Shown piece after piece: positions 1-8,521 of a stretch of 42,492 nucleotides of DNA. Positions within the stretch are counted from its first letter, which is position 1. Each line of letters starts with the position of its first letter. The DNA is from an uncultured Ruminococcus sp. GTDB lineage: Bacteria > Bacillota > Clostridia > Oscillospirales > Acutalibacteraceae. The DNA lies in assembly GCA_964385735.1 (NCBI GenBank), contig CAYLQF010000001.1, positions 1-42,492 on the forward strand, in the 5' to 3' direction. Under the pieces are notes generated by a model. It did not search any database. It was not told the origin of the DNA and saw only the letters and a program-made list of their open reading frames with translations. The position numbers were made by a program, and so were the translations under genes.

Positions 1-3
1 ACC

Positions 4-49
4 TTATTAAAAATGCGTAAGAAGCAAAAATAACGCTTCTTACGCATTT
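4..49 (-). terminator. Rho-independent terminator downstream of the AraC-family gene (possibly bidirectional)
   Basis: Perfect 15-bp stem AAATGCGTAAGAAGC (11-25) / GCTTCTTACGCATTT (35-49) with a 9-nt loop. On the - strand it is followed by TTTTTAATAA, and on the + strand by TTTCGTCTTTT. Confidence 0.6.
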
Positions 50-63
50 CGTCTTTTGCAGCC

Positions 64-915
64 TTAAAGCTTTGCCTTGAACCGGTATTCGGTGGGGGTG
101 AGCCCTGTATGCTTTTTGAATTGCTTGGCGAAGTAGTGGGAGGTTGAAAAGCCCAAAAGCTCCGCAAGCTCTGCAATCGAAAGCTCGCTGTCTTTTAAAA
201 GCTCTTTTGCCTTTGTAATTTTCAGCCTGTTAAACATAGCCATTATTCCGCAGCCGTAACGCTCCCGAAAGGCGGTTTTCAGTGTGGTAATGCTAACGGC
301 AAGGGTTTGACTTAAAATTTTAAGATTAAGCTGTGCGGAAAGGTTGCTTTGCAAAAAAGCGTATGTTTTTTCGGCAAGAGGCATGGCGGTGCTGCTTTGA
401 AGGGCTGACTGAGTATCGCTTTCATTCTTCTTCGAGCAAAGCATTGAAAGCAAAAGCAGCTCTAATTTGTTTTTAATTATCTGAAGCTGAAAATCGGAAA
501 CACCGTCCTTTAGCTTAAGGCCGTCTTTAACGGCATCGAAAAGCGGCATCCCCTCCCTTAAGGCATCAAAAAACAGCTTCTTTTCATCTAAGCTCGGATG
601 GGTAATTACTCCATCTAACAGCTTAAGCTGCGGCGAATTTGAAACGAAGCTTATAATCCCCATGCTTTTGCCCACATTATCGGGAATGCCCAAATGAAAT
701 ACATTCGGCATATAAAGAAGCATATCCCCTTCATTAAGAAGGAAAGGCTTTTCGTCAAGCTTTATGGTTATGGGTCCACGGTCTATGTAAACAAGCTCGT
801 AAAAATCGTGCTTTTCGCCGCCGTCGGGGTCAAAGCTGCGGCAGTTGAAATAATAAACCGTAACAAGCTGTGAAACCTCTATAGGGCTTTTTAAATCGGT
901 TTTAATATATTCCAT
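64..915 (-). CDS. AraC-family transcriptional regulator (cupin-like N-terminal domain + AraC HTH)
   Basis: 283-aa ORF. The C-terminus carries the AraC double-HTH signature (SIAELAELLGFSTSHYFAKQFKKHTGLTPTEYR). It is divergent from the oxidoreductase/permease pair. Confidence 0.85.
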   Translation of the reverse strand: MEYIKTDLKSPIEVSQLVTVYYFNCRSFDPDGGEKHDFYELVYIDRGPITIKLDEKPFLLNEGDMLLYMPNVFHLGIPDNVGKSMGIISFVSNSPQLKLLDGVITHPSLDEKKLFFDALREGMPLFDAVKDGLKLKDGVSDFQLQIIKNKLELLLLSMLCSKKNESDTQSALQSSTAMPLAEKTYAFLQSNLSAQLNLKILSQTLAVSITTLKTAFRERYGCGIMAMFNRLKITKAKELLKDSELSIAELAELLGFSTSHYFAKQFKKHTGLTPTEYRFKAKL

Positions 916-1111
916 AAAATCACCGCTTTGATTTTACACCTATTTTTCGGCTTAGTCAAATAAAATACAGCTTTAAAAGACAAAAAAGCCCGAAAGTGTT
1001 TATAATTTGCCCTTTTTTACATTTTAAATTACCGATATCTATTGTATATTGGTGGCAGACTTAAGGCTTTAAGTAAAAATATTTTTAAATTTAAAGGAGA
1101 AACAGTGGATA

Positions 1112-2260
1112 ATGGGCGAAAGTACATTTTTAAATGATTTGCAATCCGATATTGATGTTAAAAAAAGAGGTAAGGAGCTTTTCGATGAATTTATGGGTAA
1201 GAAAAAGGACCCGAGATTTGTCCGTGTGGGTCTTGTGGGGTGCGGTCAAATGGGCGGCGCTCATATAGCAGGGCTTAACAATCTTACAAATTGTCACTTT
1301 ACCTGCACCTGCGACCTTTATATTGACAGAGCTGAAAAGGCGGCAAAGGTTTTAGGTGCGGAACACGCCTTTACCGATTATAAGGATATGCTCCCGTATG
1401 TTGATGCGGTTATGATTGTTTTACCCCACAAGCTTCACTACGAGGTAAGTAAATTTTTCATTGAAAACGGCAAGCATGTTTCCTGTGAAAAGCCGCTTTG
1501 TATGAATGAAGAGGAATGTCTGTCTCTTGTAGCTGCCGCAGAAAAGGCGAAGGTTAAGCTTATGTGCGCCTATCCCGTTCCGCATTGGCCTGCGGTTAAG
1601 CTTATGAAAAGGTTTATTGATGAAAAAACCTTCGGTGAGGTTATACAGGCTTCTATTTGGACAGAACAGTATACCAACTGTTATCTTGAAACCGGTATTC
1701 CCGATTACTGCTCTATAGAAAAGCTCGGCGGCGGTCAGCTTTTTTCGCACGGCTGTCATTACATAGATGTTCTGTTAAGGCTTTTAGGCAACCCTGTTAC
1801 GGGCGTTCATTACGGCAGCAGAGTGGGGACTCCGTGGATTGAAGGAGAGGGCACCTCTAATGTTCTTATGAACTTCGAAAACGGCGCTATGGCTTATCAC
1901 TTTGCCACATGGGGCGCAAAGGGCTCAAGAAACCGCTATACCTTCCAAATTCATTTTACCGATGCCTTCTTAAACTATGAGGCATATGACGAAACTATGA
2001 CAATTTCGAAATTCTGGGGACCGGACCTTTCTATGCAGGAGCCCAGAGAGATTAAGTTTACCTTTGAAAAGGACGGCGAGAACAAGCACTATACCCAGAT
2101 TGAAAATCAGGACTTTATATTTGCTATTCTCGATGACAGAGAGCCTATAGTAACCGGCAGGGATGCCATACAGAGCCTTCGCATTATATGGAAGCTTTAC
2201 GAGGCGGAGAAAAAGGGCGAAATCGCCGACCTCAGAGGTATGGGCTTTCAGTCAAAATAA
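1112..2260 (+). CDS. Gfo/Idh/MocA-family NAD(P)-dependent oxidoreductase
   Basis: 382-aa ORF. It has a Rossmann N-terminus (VGLVGCGQMGGAH) and an EKP motif (SCEKPLC) typical of the family. An AAAGGAG SD lies upstream. Confidence 0.8.
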   Translation: MGESTFLNDLQSDIDVKKRGKELFDEFMGKKKDPRFVRVGLVGCGQMGGAHIAGLNNLTNCHFTCTCDLYIDRAEKAAKVLGAEHAFTDYKDMLPYVDAVMIVLPHKLHYEVSKFFIENGKHVSCEKPLCMNEEECLSLVAAAEKAKVKLMCAYPVPHWPAVKLMKRFIDEKTFGEVIQASIWTEQYTNCYLETGIPDYCSIEKLGGGQLFSHGCHYIDVLLRLLGNPVTGVHYGSRVGTPWIEGEGTSNVLMNFENGAMAYHFATWGAKGSRNRYTFQIHFTDAFLNYEAYDETMTISKFWGPDLSMQEPREIKFTFEKDGENKHYTQIENQDFIFAILDDREPIVTGRDAIQSLRIIWKLYEAEKKGEIADLRGMGFQSK

Positions 2261-2281
2261 GGATTGGAGTAATGCTTTAAA

Positions 2282-3172
2282 ATGACGACCGGACTTATAA
2301 TGGCGGTTGTATACTGCTTCAGGGCAATTCAGAAATATGCCGCTAAAAAAGCAAGCACGCTCCTTAACGAAAAATTCACGGTTGCGCTTTTTTGCCTTTA
2401 TCAGTTTGCGCTTTCGGCAGTACTGAGCATAATTCCGGTGCTGTTTTCAAGCGGCTTTGCGACTGTTGACCTTGCAGCGGCTTTTTACGGCACACTATCC
2501 GGCATAGCCATACTTTTAAGCACCGTTTGCACACTGATTGCCATGAAAAACGGCACGGTCACCTTGGTTACGCTTTTCGGTATGGCGGGGCTGATAGTTC
2601 CCTGCCTTGCAAATCAGCTTTTCTTCGGCAGACCGATGAGCCTTATGCAGTGGGTGGGTATACTTATATTCCTTTCGGCGGCATATCTGCTTGTTGCTTC
2701 CTCTAAAAATGTCTTCGGAGGATTTTCCTTTAAAACGCTGCTGCTGCTTATCGCAGCGTTACTGTCAGAGGGATTTACTATGTTGTTCCAACAGCTTTTT
2801 GTAGATTTCTCACCGAGCTCGGATATTTCGCTTTTTACATTTGTTTCGTTTTTTGCGGTAACGCTTTTGATGCTCCCCGTGCCGTGGCTTGTTTCATCGG
2901 GCGAGAGTAAGGACTCAAGGCAGATAAGCAAGGGGCTTATATTTCAAGGGGCTGCTGCGGCGGTCTCGGTTTTGGCTATAAGTATGCTTGTAACCTATGC
3001 GGTATCGCTTTCATCGCCGGTTATCGTTTTCTCTCTTTCCGCCGGCGGAGGTATGATAATATCCGCATTGGTGGGGCGGATATGCTTTAAGGAAAGGCTT
3101 ACGGCGTCCGGTTATGCGGGGATTCTGCTCGGAATTGTAGCTATGATATTTTTAAAGGCCTTTGAGATATAA
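2282..3172 (+). CDS. DMT/EamA-like integral membrane transporter
   Basis: 296-aa ORF, almost entirely hydrophobic with about 10 predicted TM segments in two halves. It starts 21 nt after the oxidoreductase stop. Confidence 0.6.
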   Translation: MTTGLIMAVVYCFRAIQKYAAKKASTLLNEKFTVALFCLYQFALSAVLSIIPVLFSSGFATVDLAAAFYGTLSGIAILLSTVCTLIAMKNGTVTLVTLFGMAGLIVPCLANQLFFGRPMSLMQWVGILIFLSAAYLLVASSKNVFGGFSFKTLLLLIAALLSEGFTMLFQQLFVDFSPSSDISLFTFVSFFAVTLLMLPVPWLVSSGESKDSRQISKGLIFQGAAAAVSVLAISMLVTYAVSLSSPVIVFSLSAGGGMIISALVGRICFKERLTASGYAGILLGIVAMIFLKAFEI

Positions 3173-3186
3173 GTGTATTAAAGTCG

Positions 3187-3233
3187 AAAGTGCGCAGGAA
3201 GATGAAAATTTACTTCCTACGCACTTTTATTTT
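3187..3233. terminator. Bidirectional intrinsic terminator between convergent genes
   Basis: Stem AAAGTGCGCAGGAAG (3187-3201) / CTTCCTACGCACTTT (3213-3227) with one C-A mismatch, followed by TTTTATTTT. It lies between the DMT gene (+) and the PPIase gene (-). Confidence 0.7.
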
Positions 3234-3247
3234 CTGAAAGGCCGAAG

Positions 3248-3919
3248 TCAATCGATAACGGTAATGGCTTCGATTATCGGCTTTGAACCGGTTTTTACGG
3301 TGCCGTTACTGTCCGTAACGGGGGTTTCCTCCGCTATTTTGTCTACTATGTCCATACCATCTGTAACCTTACCGAAGGCGGCATACTGACCGTCTAAAAA
3401 GGTTGAGTCCTGATGAACTATAAAGAACTGCGAGGAGGCACTGTCGGGGTCGGTGCTTCGTGCCATAGAAATAACACCTCTCAGGTGCGAAATATTGTTT
3501 TCAACACCGTTTTCGGAAAACTCACCCTTAATGGTATTTTTGCTTCCGCCCGTTCCGTTGCCCTTGGGGTCACCACCCTGTATCATAAAGCCTGATATTA
3601 CTCTGTGGAAGGTAAGACCGTCATAAAAGCCCTCTTTTGCGAGCTCTAAAAAGTTTGTAACCGTAATGGGGGCGGTATCGGCATCCAATTCTAAGGCTAT
3701 CGTTCCCATGTTCTTAACGGTTATTTCGGCGTGGTGTATGCCGGAAAGGTATTTTGCTTCGTCATCCGAAGAGCCATCGGATTTAGAATCCCCTGTATCA
3801 CCGCAGGCTGATAAGGCTGTCAGCATAGCTGCACAAAGCGTTAAAGCAAATATTTTTTTAATAACGGAAATCATCTTCATAGTAATTTTTTTCTTCCTTT
3901 CTTTCGTTGTAGGGTACAT
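3248..3919 (-). CDS. Cyclophilin-type peptidyl-prolyl cis-trans isomerase, lipoprotein
   Basis: Carries the cyclophilin signature FHRVISGFMIQGGDP and a lipobox (LTALSAC/GD). The start is ambiguous: ATG at 3919, or the internal ATGs at 3880/3874 that give MKMISV... All candidate starts overlap the 3' end of the upstream carboxypeptidase gene. Confidence 0.85.
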   Translation of the reverse strand: MYPTTKERKKKITMKMISVIKKIFALTLCAAMLTALSACGDTGDSKSDGSSDDEAKYLSGIHHAEITVKNMGTIALELDADTAPITVTNFLELAKEGFYDGLTFHRVISGFMIQGGDPKGNGTGGSKNTIKGEFSENGVENNISHLRGVISMARSTDPDSASSQFFIVHQDSTFLDGQYAAFGKVTDGMDIVDKIAEETPVTDSNGTVKTGSKPIIEAITVID

Positions 3920-5222
3920 ATTTCACCCTGCGTTTTCTTGATTTTTTTGAATTCATCCTTATAACCGCAACCGCAAATAAAATTATCGCAAGTGCTATAA
4001 TGATATAAAGTAAAATCATATAGCTTGAGGTGAAAAATCGTTTTAGAGCATCCAAAACAGTTAAAATCGAGCTTTTTTTAACCGACTGCCCCGCAACGAG
4101 ATTAACGGTTCCTATAACCTCCTCGGCATATATAACATCTGCCGTTCCGAGAATATCTCCTTTTTTAACGGGAGCCTTTACGGATTTTGATTTAAGATGG
4201 GGCTCTATGGTTATTGTTGAAGCGTCTGCCTCCTTCGGCAGAACGGTAACAAAGCTTTTTTCGACATACAGCGGCACAAAATCCGCTTCGAGAGATAGGT
4301 CAACGGCGATTTCGCAAACGGGATTTTCACTGTTCGCCACCTCTTTAAACTCAAAATTGTTGAAGGCCCAACGGTAAAGGTTTTTGCTGTCGATGAATTC
4401 ATACCTCTGAGCCCCTCTCGGGGTACATCCGAAAAGAATACATATATAGTTGTAGCCGTTATAGCTTGCGGTTGTTACAAGGCATCTTCCCGCCTCATCG
4501 GTATACCCCGTTTTAACGCCCTTGGCATAGGAATAATAGTAATTCGTTGTTTTATCCTGAAGAAAATTCGTGGTAGAGAGGGTTCGTGCCGGAGAAAGAT
4601 TGGTTGCCGGCATAGAATATCTGTCGGTTTCGCAAACCTTTTTAAAGGTTTCGTTTTTAAGAGCGACCTGTGTCAGTATTAGGGTATCCCGTGCCGTGGT
4701 GTAATTTTGCTCGTCGTGCAGACCTACGGGGTTTGCGTAATGAGTTGAGCTAAGACCGAGCTGCTTCGCACGCTCGTTCATCATATCCACAAAGCCTTCA
4801 ACTGACCCGCCGTATTTTATTGCGGCGAGATATGCACAGTCACCGTAGGATGACATAAGCACAAGATAAACAAGATCAAGCTCGGTTATTTCTTCACCGC
4901 TCTTAAGCCCCGAAACCGAGCTTCCCGTTCCCGATACCAGCTTAAGAACCTCGCTTGTCATTGCGATTTTCGCCTCGGGATTGTAGCTTTCGCTCTCAAG
5001 CATAAGCATAACGGTCATAATCTTGGTTATCGAAGCGGGATAAACCCTTTCGTCTGCCCCCTTCTCATAGAGCGTTTCGCCCGTGTCAAGGGATACGAGC
5101 AGGGCGTTTTTCGCATTCAGCGTAAAGCCGGAGGGCTCGTAAGCGGAAACGGAAAATGCAGGTGAAATACAGAAAAATGCGATAACCGCCGTAAGTAATA
5201 AGGAAAATATACGCTTTGTCAT
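3858..5222 (-). CDS. dacB: Serine-type D-Ala-D-Ala carboxypeptidase (peptidase S11, PBP5/6-like)
   Basis: 454-aa ORF with a signal peptide, an SxxK motif (PASITKIMT), a KTG motif (VKTGYT) and a C-terminal hydrophobic anchor followed by a basic tail. Confidence 0.85.
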   Translation of the reverse strand: MTKRIFSLLLTAVIAFFCISPAFSVSAYEPSGFTLNAKNALLVSLDTGETLYEKGADERVYPASITKIMTVMLMLESESYNPEAKIAMTSEVLKLVSGTGSSVSGLKSGEEITELDLVYLVLMSSYGDCAYLAAIKYGGSVEGFVDMMNERAKQLGLSSTHYANPVGLHDEQNYTTARDTLILTQVALKNETFKKVCETDRYSMPATNLSPARTLSTTNFLQDKTTNYYYSYAKGVKTGYTDEAGRCLVTTASYNGYNYICILFGCTPRGAQRYEFIDSKNLYRWAFNNFEFKEVANSENPVCEIAVDLSLEADFVPLYVEKSFVTVLPKEADASTITIEPHLKSKSVKAPVKKGDILGTADVIYAEEVIGTVNLVAGQSVKKSSILTVLDALKRFFTSSYMILLYIIIALAIILFAVAVIRMNSKKSRKRRVKYVPYNERKEEKNYYEDDFRY

Positions 5223-5232
5223 ATAAATCTCC

Positions 5233-5261
5233 TTGCCAATATGATTAAAATACAGTATAAT
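5233..5261 (+). promoter_or_regulatory. Candidate sigma-A promoter for the metallophosphoesterase gene
   Basis: TTGCCA (5233-5238), 17-nt spacer, TATAAT (5256-5261). The -10 box sits in an 8-bp inverted repeat AGTATAAT-ggt-ATTATACT that also supplies a TATAAT on the - strand (5265-5270) facing dacB. Confidence 0.5.
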
Positions 5262-5350
5262 GGTATTATACTATAAACAATGTCGAATTAAAAGAGAAAA
5301 ATAAAATTTTTTGAAGGGCGGGTTGCGGTACGGTATATGTTACGGGTGAT

Positions 5351-6049
5351 ATGCACGGCTGTCTTGACAGACTTTACGACCGTGAGTTCCGCAAGCTTAA
5401 AAAAGGCGATGTTCTGATAGTTTGCGGCGATTTCGGGTATATTTTTGACGGCTCGGATACCGAAAAACAGGTCATAAACTATCTTGCCGAAAGAAAATTC
5501 GTTACTGCGTTTATCGAAGGCACCCACGATAATCTTGATACTGTAAACAGTTCGAGAGTAACCGTTTGGAAGGGCGGTAGGGTACACAGAATAAAGGGAA
5601 ATCTGCTTCATCTTATGAGGGGTCAGATATTTGATATAGAGGGCTTCAGATTCTTTACATTCGGCGGCGGAGAAAGCGTTGATAAGGATATGAGGATAGC
5701 CTCCGGTCACTGGTGGAGACAGGAGGAGCCGTCGCCTGCGGAGATGGCGGAGGGCGCAAAGGCACTTGACGAGGTAAACGGCACGGTAGATTTTATTATA
5801 ACTCACGAGCCGCCGTCAAAGGTTAAAAGCGCAATGCTATTAAGAAAGGGAAGTGCGGACAGGGTAAATAAGCTTAACGGCTATTTTGAGGAAATAGGCA
5901 GATTTTGCGATTACAGACATTGGTATTTCGGCTCTCTGCATGAGGATAGAAAAATAACCGAACGCCATACCTGCGTATTTTCCAAGCTGCTTCCTGTTAC
6001 GGATACAAAAAACGGCAGCGGCAGAGGAATATCCGAAAGAGCAAACTGA
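5351..6049 (+). CDS. Calcineurin-like metallophosphoesterase (N-terminus problematic)
   Basis: Metallophosphoesterase motifs are present: (GD)MHG, VCGDFGY, EGTHDN, ITHEPP. The first motif Asp is encoded at 5348-5350, upstream of the first ATG (see findings). Confidence 0.7.
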   Translation: MHGCLDRLYDREFRKLKKGDVLIVCGDFGYIFDGSDTEKQVINYLAERKFVTAFIEGTHDNLDTVNSSRVTVWKGGRVHRIKGNLLHLMRGQIFDIEGFRFFTFGGGESVDKDMRIASGHWWRQEEPSPAEMAEGAKALDEVNGTVDFIITHEPPSKVKSAMLLRKGSADRVNKLNGYFEEIGRFCDYRHWYFGSLHEDRKITERHTCVFSKLLPVTDTKNGSGRGISERAN

Positions 6050-6052
6050 TAC

Positions 6053-6081
6053 TTGTAAAATTTGCCGAAATATGCTAAAAT
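6053..6081 (+). promoter_or_regulatory. Candidate sigma-A promoter with extended -10
   Basis: TTGTAA (6053-6058), 17-nt spacer, TGcTAAAAT (6073-6081), about 100 nt upstream of the kinase-like gene. Confidence 0.5.
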
Positions 6082-6180
6082 CAAACTGTGTATGTCGTTT
6101 TGACAACGATTTGCTTCATTGTGAGAGCGATTCGCCGATATTAAAGGCGCTTGCACTTAACAAATTTTCAGGAGGATGCT

Positions 6181-7905
6181 ATGATGGATCCCGAAAGAAT
6201 TTGCCCCTCGTGTATGGGTGATAATGCGGGGGAACGCATTTGTCCGCTTTGCGGATTTGACGGCGACAATAAAAACCCGCCCGAGGCACTTGCCGTAAAA
6301 ACGGTGCTTTTAAACAGATTTTTTGTGGGAAAGGCCGTTTCGAGGGACAGCGAGGGCGTAACCTACATAGGGTATGACGGGCAAACCGAAAGCAGAGTGG
6401 ATATAAAGGAATATTATCCGGCTGCGGTCGCAATAAGAAATTCGAACGGCTCGGTTTCCTGCGTACAGGAGTCTAAATTTTCTTATAATGAGGGACTTAT
6501 GGAGTTCCTTGAAATAAATCGCACCTTAAGTGAGGAAAAGCTTGCGGCAACCGCTTCGGTGGTTGCGGTTTTCGAGGAAAACGGTACTGCCTATGCCGTA
6601 ACCGAAAGGGTGAGCGGCATAACCCTTGCCCAGTTTCTCGAAAAGAACGGAAATACGCTTAAATGGGAACAGGCAAGGCCGCTTTTTCTGCCTCTTGTCG
6701 ATACCCTTATAGCGCTACAGCAGAAAAGAATATATGTGCTTGGAATAGCTCCGCAAACGGTTATTGTCGGCAGAGATGCACGGCTTAGATTATCTTCAAT
6801 ATGTGTCAGAAGCAGCAGAAGCGTTGCAAATGATGTAAAGCCGAGCCTTTTTGACGGTTATTCCGCTCTTGAGCAATACGGCTACGAGGGCCTTAACATA
6901 GGAGCCTATACCGATGTTTACGGTCTTTCGGCAACTCTTTTCAGAACTCTTATAGGAATGGTTCCGCCTACGGCTACCGAAAGGGTCGAGAACGACGGTA
7001 TGACTATTCCGGCACGCTTTGCGGATGAGCTTCCGAGGCAGGTGCTTGTTGCTCTTGCAAACGGCTTGCAGGTTATGCCCGAAGGCAGAACCGCCTCGGT
7101 GGAAATCTTTAAAAACGAGCTTGTATACGGGGAGGCGCAGGAAAATGCAAGAAAAGCCGCACTTGCGAGAAAGGCGGCAAGGCAGGCGGAGCTTGAAAAG
7201 GAGGTAAGCTCGGATAGCAGAAGAGAGGAAACTCTCAGAAAGCAGGCTGAAAAGCAGGAGAAAAAGGAACGCCCGACCTCTCCGGCAAAATATGCCGTTA
7301 TTTCGGCTGCCTGTACGGCAGGCTTCTTCCTTGTTATAGCGCTGATACTCTGTCTTACTGTATTCAGAGCTGCCATATTTAAGACTTCAACAACCACAAG
7401 CGAGAGCGAGCCGAACAAAATGCCGAGCGTTGCTTCCATAGGCGATGTCGATGCGGATGCCGATAAGGCCTTGACAAAGCTTTATCATGTTCCGAGCTTT
7501 GTCGGGAAATATTATTCGCAGATATCGACAGATGACGAATATGAAAATCTTGAATTTGTCATAACGGGGAAGCAGTATTCCGATAAGGTTGCAAGGGGTG
7601 CGATAGTCTCGCAGTCCGTTGCGGCGGAATCCGATGTTGTAAAGGGAACAACGGTTGAGCTTGTTATAAGCCTCGGTCCGAAGGAAATTAAAATAGCCAA
7701 TGTAGTCGGTCAGACTAAGGAGGAGGCAGTCCTCGAGCTTTTAAAGCAGGGCTTTATATACGAAAACATAACGATTGAGGAAAAATACGATTCAACAAAA
7801 AAATCCGGTGTTGTTCTTTCCCAAACTCCGAAATACGGTGCTTCGGTTAATACCGAAATAGCAATTACCGTATATATTAACTCATATACGGAGAGCTCGG
7901 AATAA
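6181..7905 (+). CDS. Zinc-ribbon / Hanks-kinase-like (probable pseudokinase) / TM / 2x PASTA membrane protein
   Basis: GGAGG (6171-6175) lies 5 nt before the ATG at 6181; the track start at 6151 is a TTG without an SD. It has a CPSC...CPLC zinc ribbon. The kinase-like fold keeps VDIKE and SALEQ/TDVYGLSATLFRTLIG but lacks HRD and DFG. One TM helix is present (YAVISAACTAGFFLVIALILCLTVF). Two C-terminal PASTA repeats span nt 7480-7884. Confidence 0.75.
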   Translation: MMDPERICPSCMGDNAGERICPLCGFDGDNKNPPEALAVKTVLLNRFFVGKAVSRDSEGVTYIGYDGQTESRVDIKEYYPAAVAIRNSNGSVSCVQESKFSYNEGLMEFLEINRTLSEEKLAATASVVAVFEENGTAYAVTERVSGITLAQFLEKNGNTLKWEQARPLFLPLVDTLIALQQKRIYVLGIAPQTVIVGRDARLRLSSICVRSSRSVANDVKPSLFDGYSALEQYGYEGLNIGAYTDVYGLSATLFRTLIGMVPPTATERVENDGMTIPARFADELPRQVLVALANGLQVMPEGRTASVEIFKNELVYGEAQENARKAALARKAARQAELEKEVSSDSRREETLRKQAEKQEKKERPTSPAKYAVISAACTAGFFLVIALILCLTVFRAAIFKTSTTTSESEPNKMPSVASIGDVDADADKALTKLYHVPSFVGKYYSQISTDDEYENLEFVITGKQYSDKVARGAIVSQSVAAESDVVKGTTVELVISLGPKEIKIANVVGQTKEEAVLELLKQGFIYENITIEEKYDSTKKSGVVLSQTPKYGASVNTEIAITVYINSYTESSE

Positions 7906-7921
7906 AAAAGTAAAAAAACAC

Positions 7922-7949
7922 TTGATTTTACCCGAAAATGTGGTATAAT
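7922..7949 (+). promoter_or_regulatory. Candidate sigma-A promoter of the rimP-nusA-infB operon
   Basis: TTGATT (7922-7927), 16-nt spacer, extended -10 TGgTATAAT (7941-7949). Confidence 0.6.
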
Positions 7950-7974
7950 CAAAGAGTAGAAAGTAAGCAGAAAG

Positions 7975-8006
7975 GTGAGTGGGATATCCCGCTCACTTTT
8001 GTTATT
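7975..8006 (+). terminator. Terminator-like leader hairpin (putative attenuator) upstream of rimP
   Basis: GTGAGTGGG (7975-7983), loop ATAT, CCCGCTCAC (7988-7996): a 9-bp stem with one G-U pair, followed by TTTTGTTATT. It lies between the promoter and the rimP SD (GGAGG 8014-8018). Confidence 0.55.
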
Positions 8007-8025
8007 ACGGTTCGGAGGTGGGTTT

Positions 8026-8478
8026 ATGGGCAAAATTGCCGACGGTGTTTATGAGCTTGTAAGGGATACGGTTGAGTCACAGGGCGTTATGCTTTGGGAT
8101 GTTGCCTTCGTAAAGGAGGGAGCTTCTCGGTATCTTCGCATATTTATAGATAAAGAGGGCGGAGTCAGTATAGACGATTGCGTAAATGTTTCCCATGCGG
8201 TGGACCCTATTATAGATGAGGCTGACCCGATAAGCGAGTCTTATTGCCTTGAGGTATGCTCCCCCGGGCTTGAAAGAGAGCTTACAAGGCCCGAGCATTT
8301 TAAAACGGCAACGGGTAAAGCCGTTACTGTTAAGCTCTTTAAGCCGATCGACGGTAAGAAGGAGCTTTCCGGTATTTTGGGCGGGCTCTCGGAGGATTGT
8401 ATTCTGCTTTCCGTCGACGGTGTTGAAACGGAGATAAAAAGAGCCGACGCTGCAAGGGTAAGACTTAAGGATTTTTAA
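8026..8478 (+). CDS. rimP: Ribosome maturation factor RimP
   Basis: ATG at 8026 lies 7 nt after GGAGG. It is first in the conserved rimP-nusA-ylxR-L7Ae-infB gene order. The track ORF start at 7975 lies inside the leader hairpin. Confidence 0.85.
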   Translation: MGKIADGVYELVRDTVESQGVMLWDVAFVKEGASRYLRIFIDKEGGVSIDDCVNVSHAVDPIIDEADPISESYCLEVCSPGLERELTRPEHFKTATGKAVTVKLFKPIDGKKELSGILGGLSEDCILLSVDGVETEIKRADAARVRLKDF

Positions 8479-8521
8479 AAACGGCATTTGTTGCGTATAT
8501 TATATGGAGGTAATTCGGAAA

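Noticed and set aside
3858-3919. 62-nt overlap between dacB and the PPIase ORF, considered as a possible programmed feature.
   Set aside because: It is most simply explained by PPIase using the internal ATG at 3880 or 3874. That start gives a canonical lipoprotein signal peptide and reduces the overlap to about 20 nt.
7975-8025. Upstream GTG start for rimP (track ORF 7975).
   Set aside because: It falls inside the leader hairpin and has no SD. The ATG at 8026 is preceded by GGAGG at optimal spacing.
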